Below are positions 63,413 to 63,603 of a stretch of DNA of 63,603 nt, piece by piece. The notes under the pieces were generated by a model that did not search any database, was not told the DNA's origin, and worked only from the letters and a program-made list of their open reading frames with translations. How positions within the stretch are numbered: the first letter of the stretch is position 1; each line of letters starts with the position of its first letter. The translations under genes were made by a program, and so were the position numbers. The DNA lies in NCBI GenBank assembly GCA_000934665.2, contig JYFJ02002067.1, positions 1 through 63,603 on the forward strand, given 5' to 3'. This stretch comes from Catajapyx aquilonaris. Lineage: Eukaryota.

Positions 63413-63603
63413 CAGGGCACAACGGGTGAAACCCATGAGAAATCGTGAAAATAGTTTATTGAGAAATTTAAAAACATCGCACATTCGAATCAGTCATCGT
63501 CGCTCTCCTCGGCCGTCCACACACGTGCACAAGTCCGGTGTGACCTTGCCACCTATACGTTTCAGATACGTAGCATTGTCCCATTTTCCACTTGCCCCCC
63601 CCC

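Overview
Eukaryotic genomic window, very probably arthropod (Drosophila-type Crumbs N-terminus, Saxophone receptor, many ~50-75 nt GT-AG introns). I assembled the gene models by hand from splice sites and frame continuity. Gene order: 3' part of kinesin-associated protein 3 (KAP3, +); saxophone/ACVR1-type BMP type I receptor (-, 5 coding exons, ~615 aa); a possible small unrecognised multi-exon gene head-to-head with it (+); a complete crumbs gene (-, 28 coding exons, ~2317 aa); a tandem crumbs-derived gene (-, 9 exons, ~473 aa); a GAPR-1/GLIPR2-like CAP protein (-); an NFKBIL1-like ankyrin protein (-); an orphan candidate first exon (+); and three tandem SLC44/choline-transporter-like genes (+, the third running out of the window). 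Introns carry many Tc1/mariner, piggyBac-, hAT- and PIF-type non-autonomous elements, several as long fold-back palindromes, and two tRNA-derived SINEs. The most interesting signal is the crumbs locus, which appears to encode three products. (i) Full-length Crumbs. (ii) A 'headless' isoform from an internal first exon with its own signal peptide, omitting the N-terminal LamG domain and ~7 EGF repeats (~470 aa). (iii) An adjacent secreted 'head-only' paralog (signal peptide + LamG + 7 EGF, no transmembrane segment or ERLI tail). Expression and function of (ii) and (iii) are inferred, not shown.
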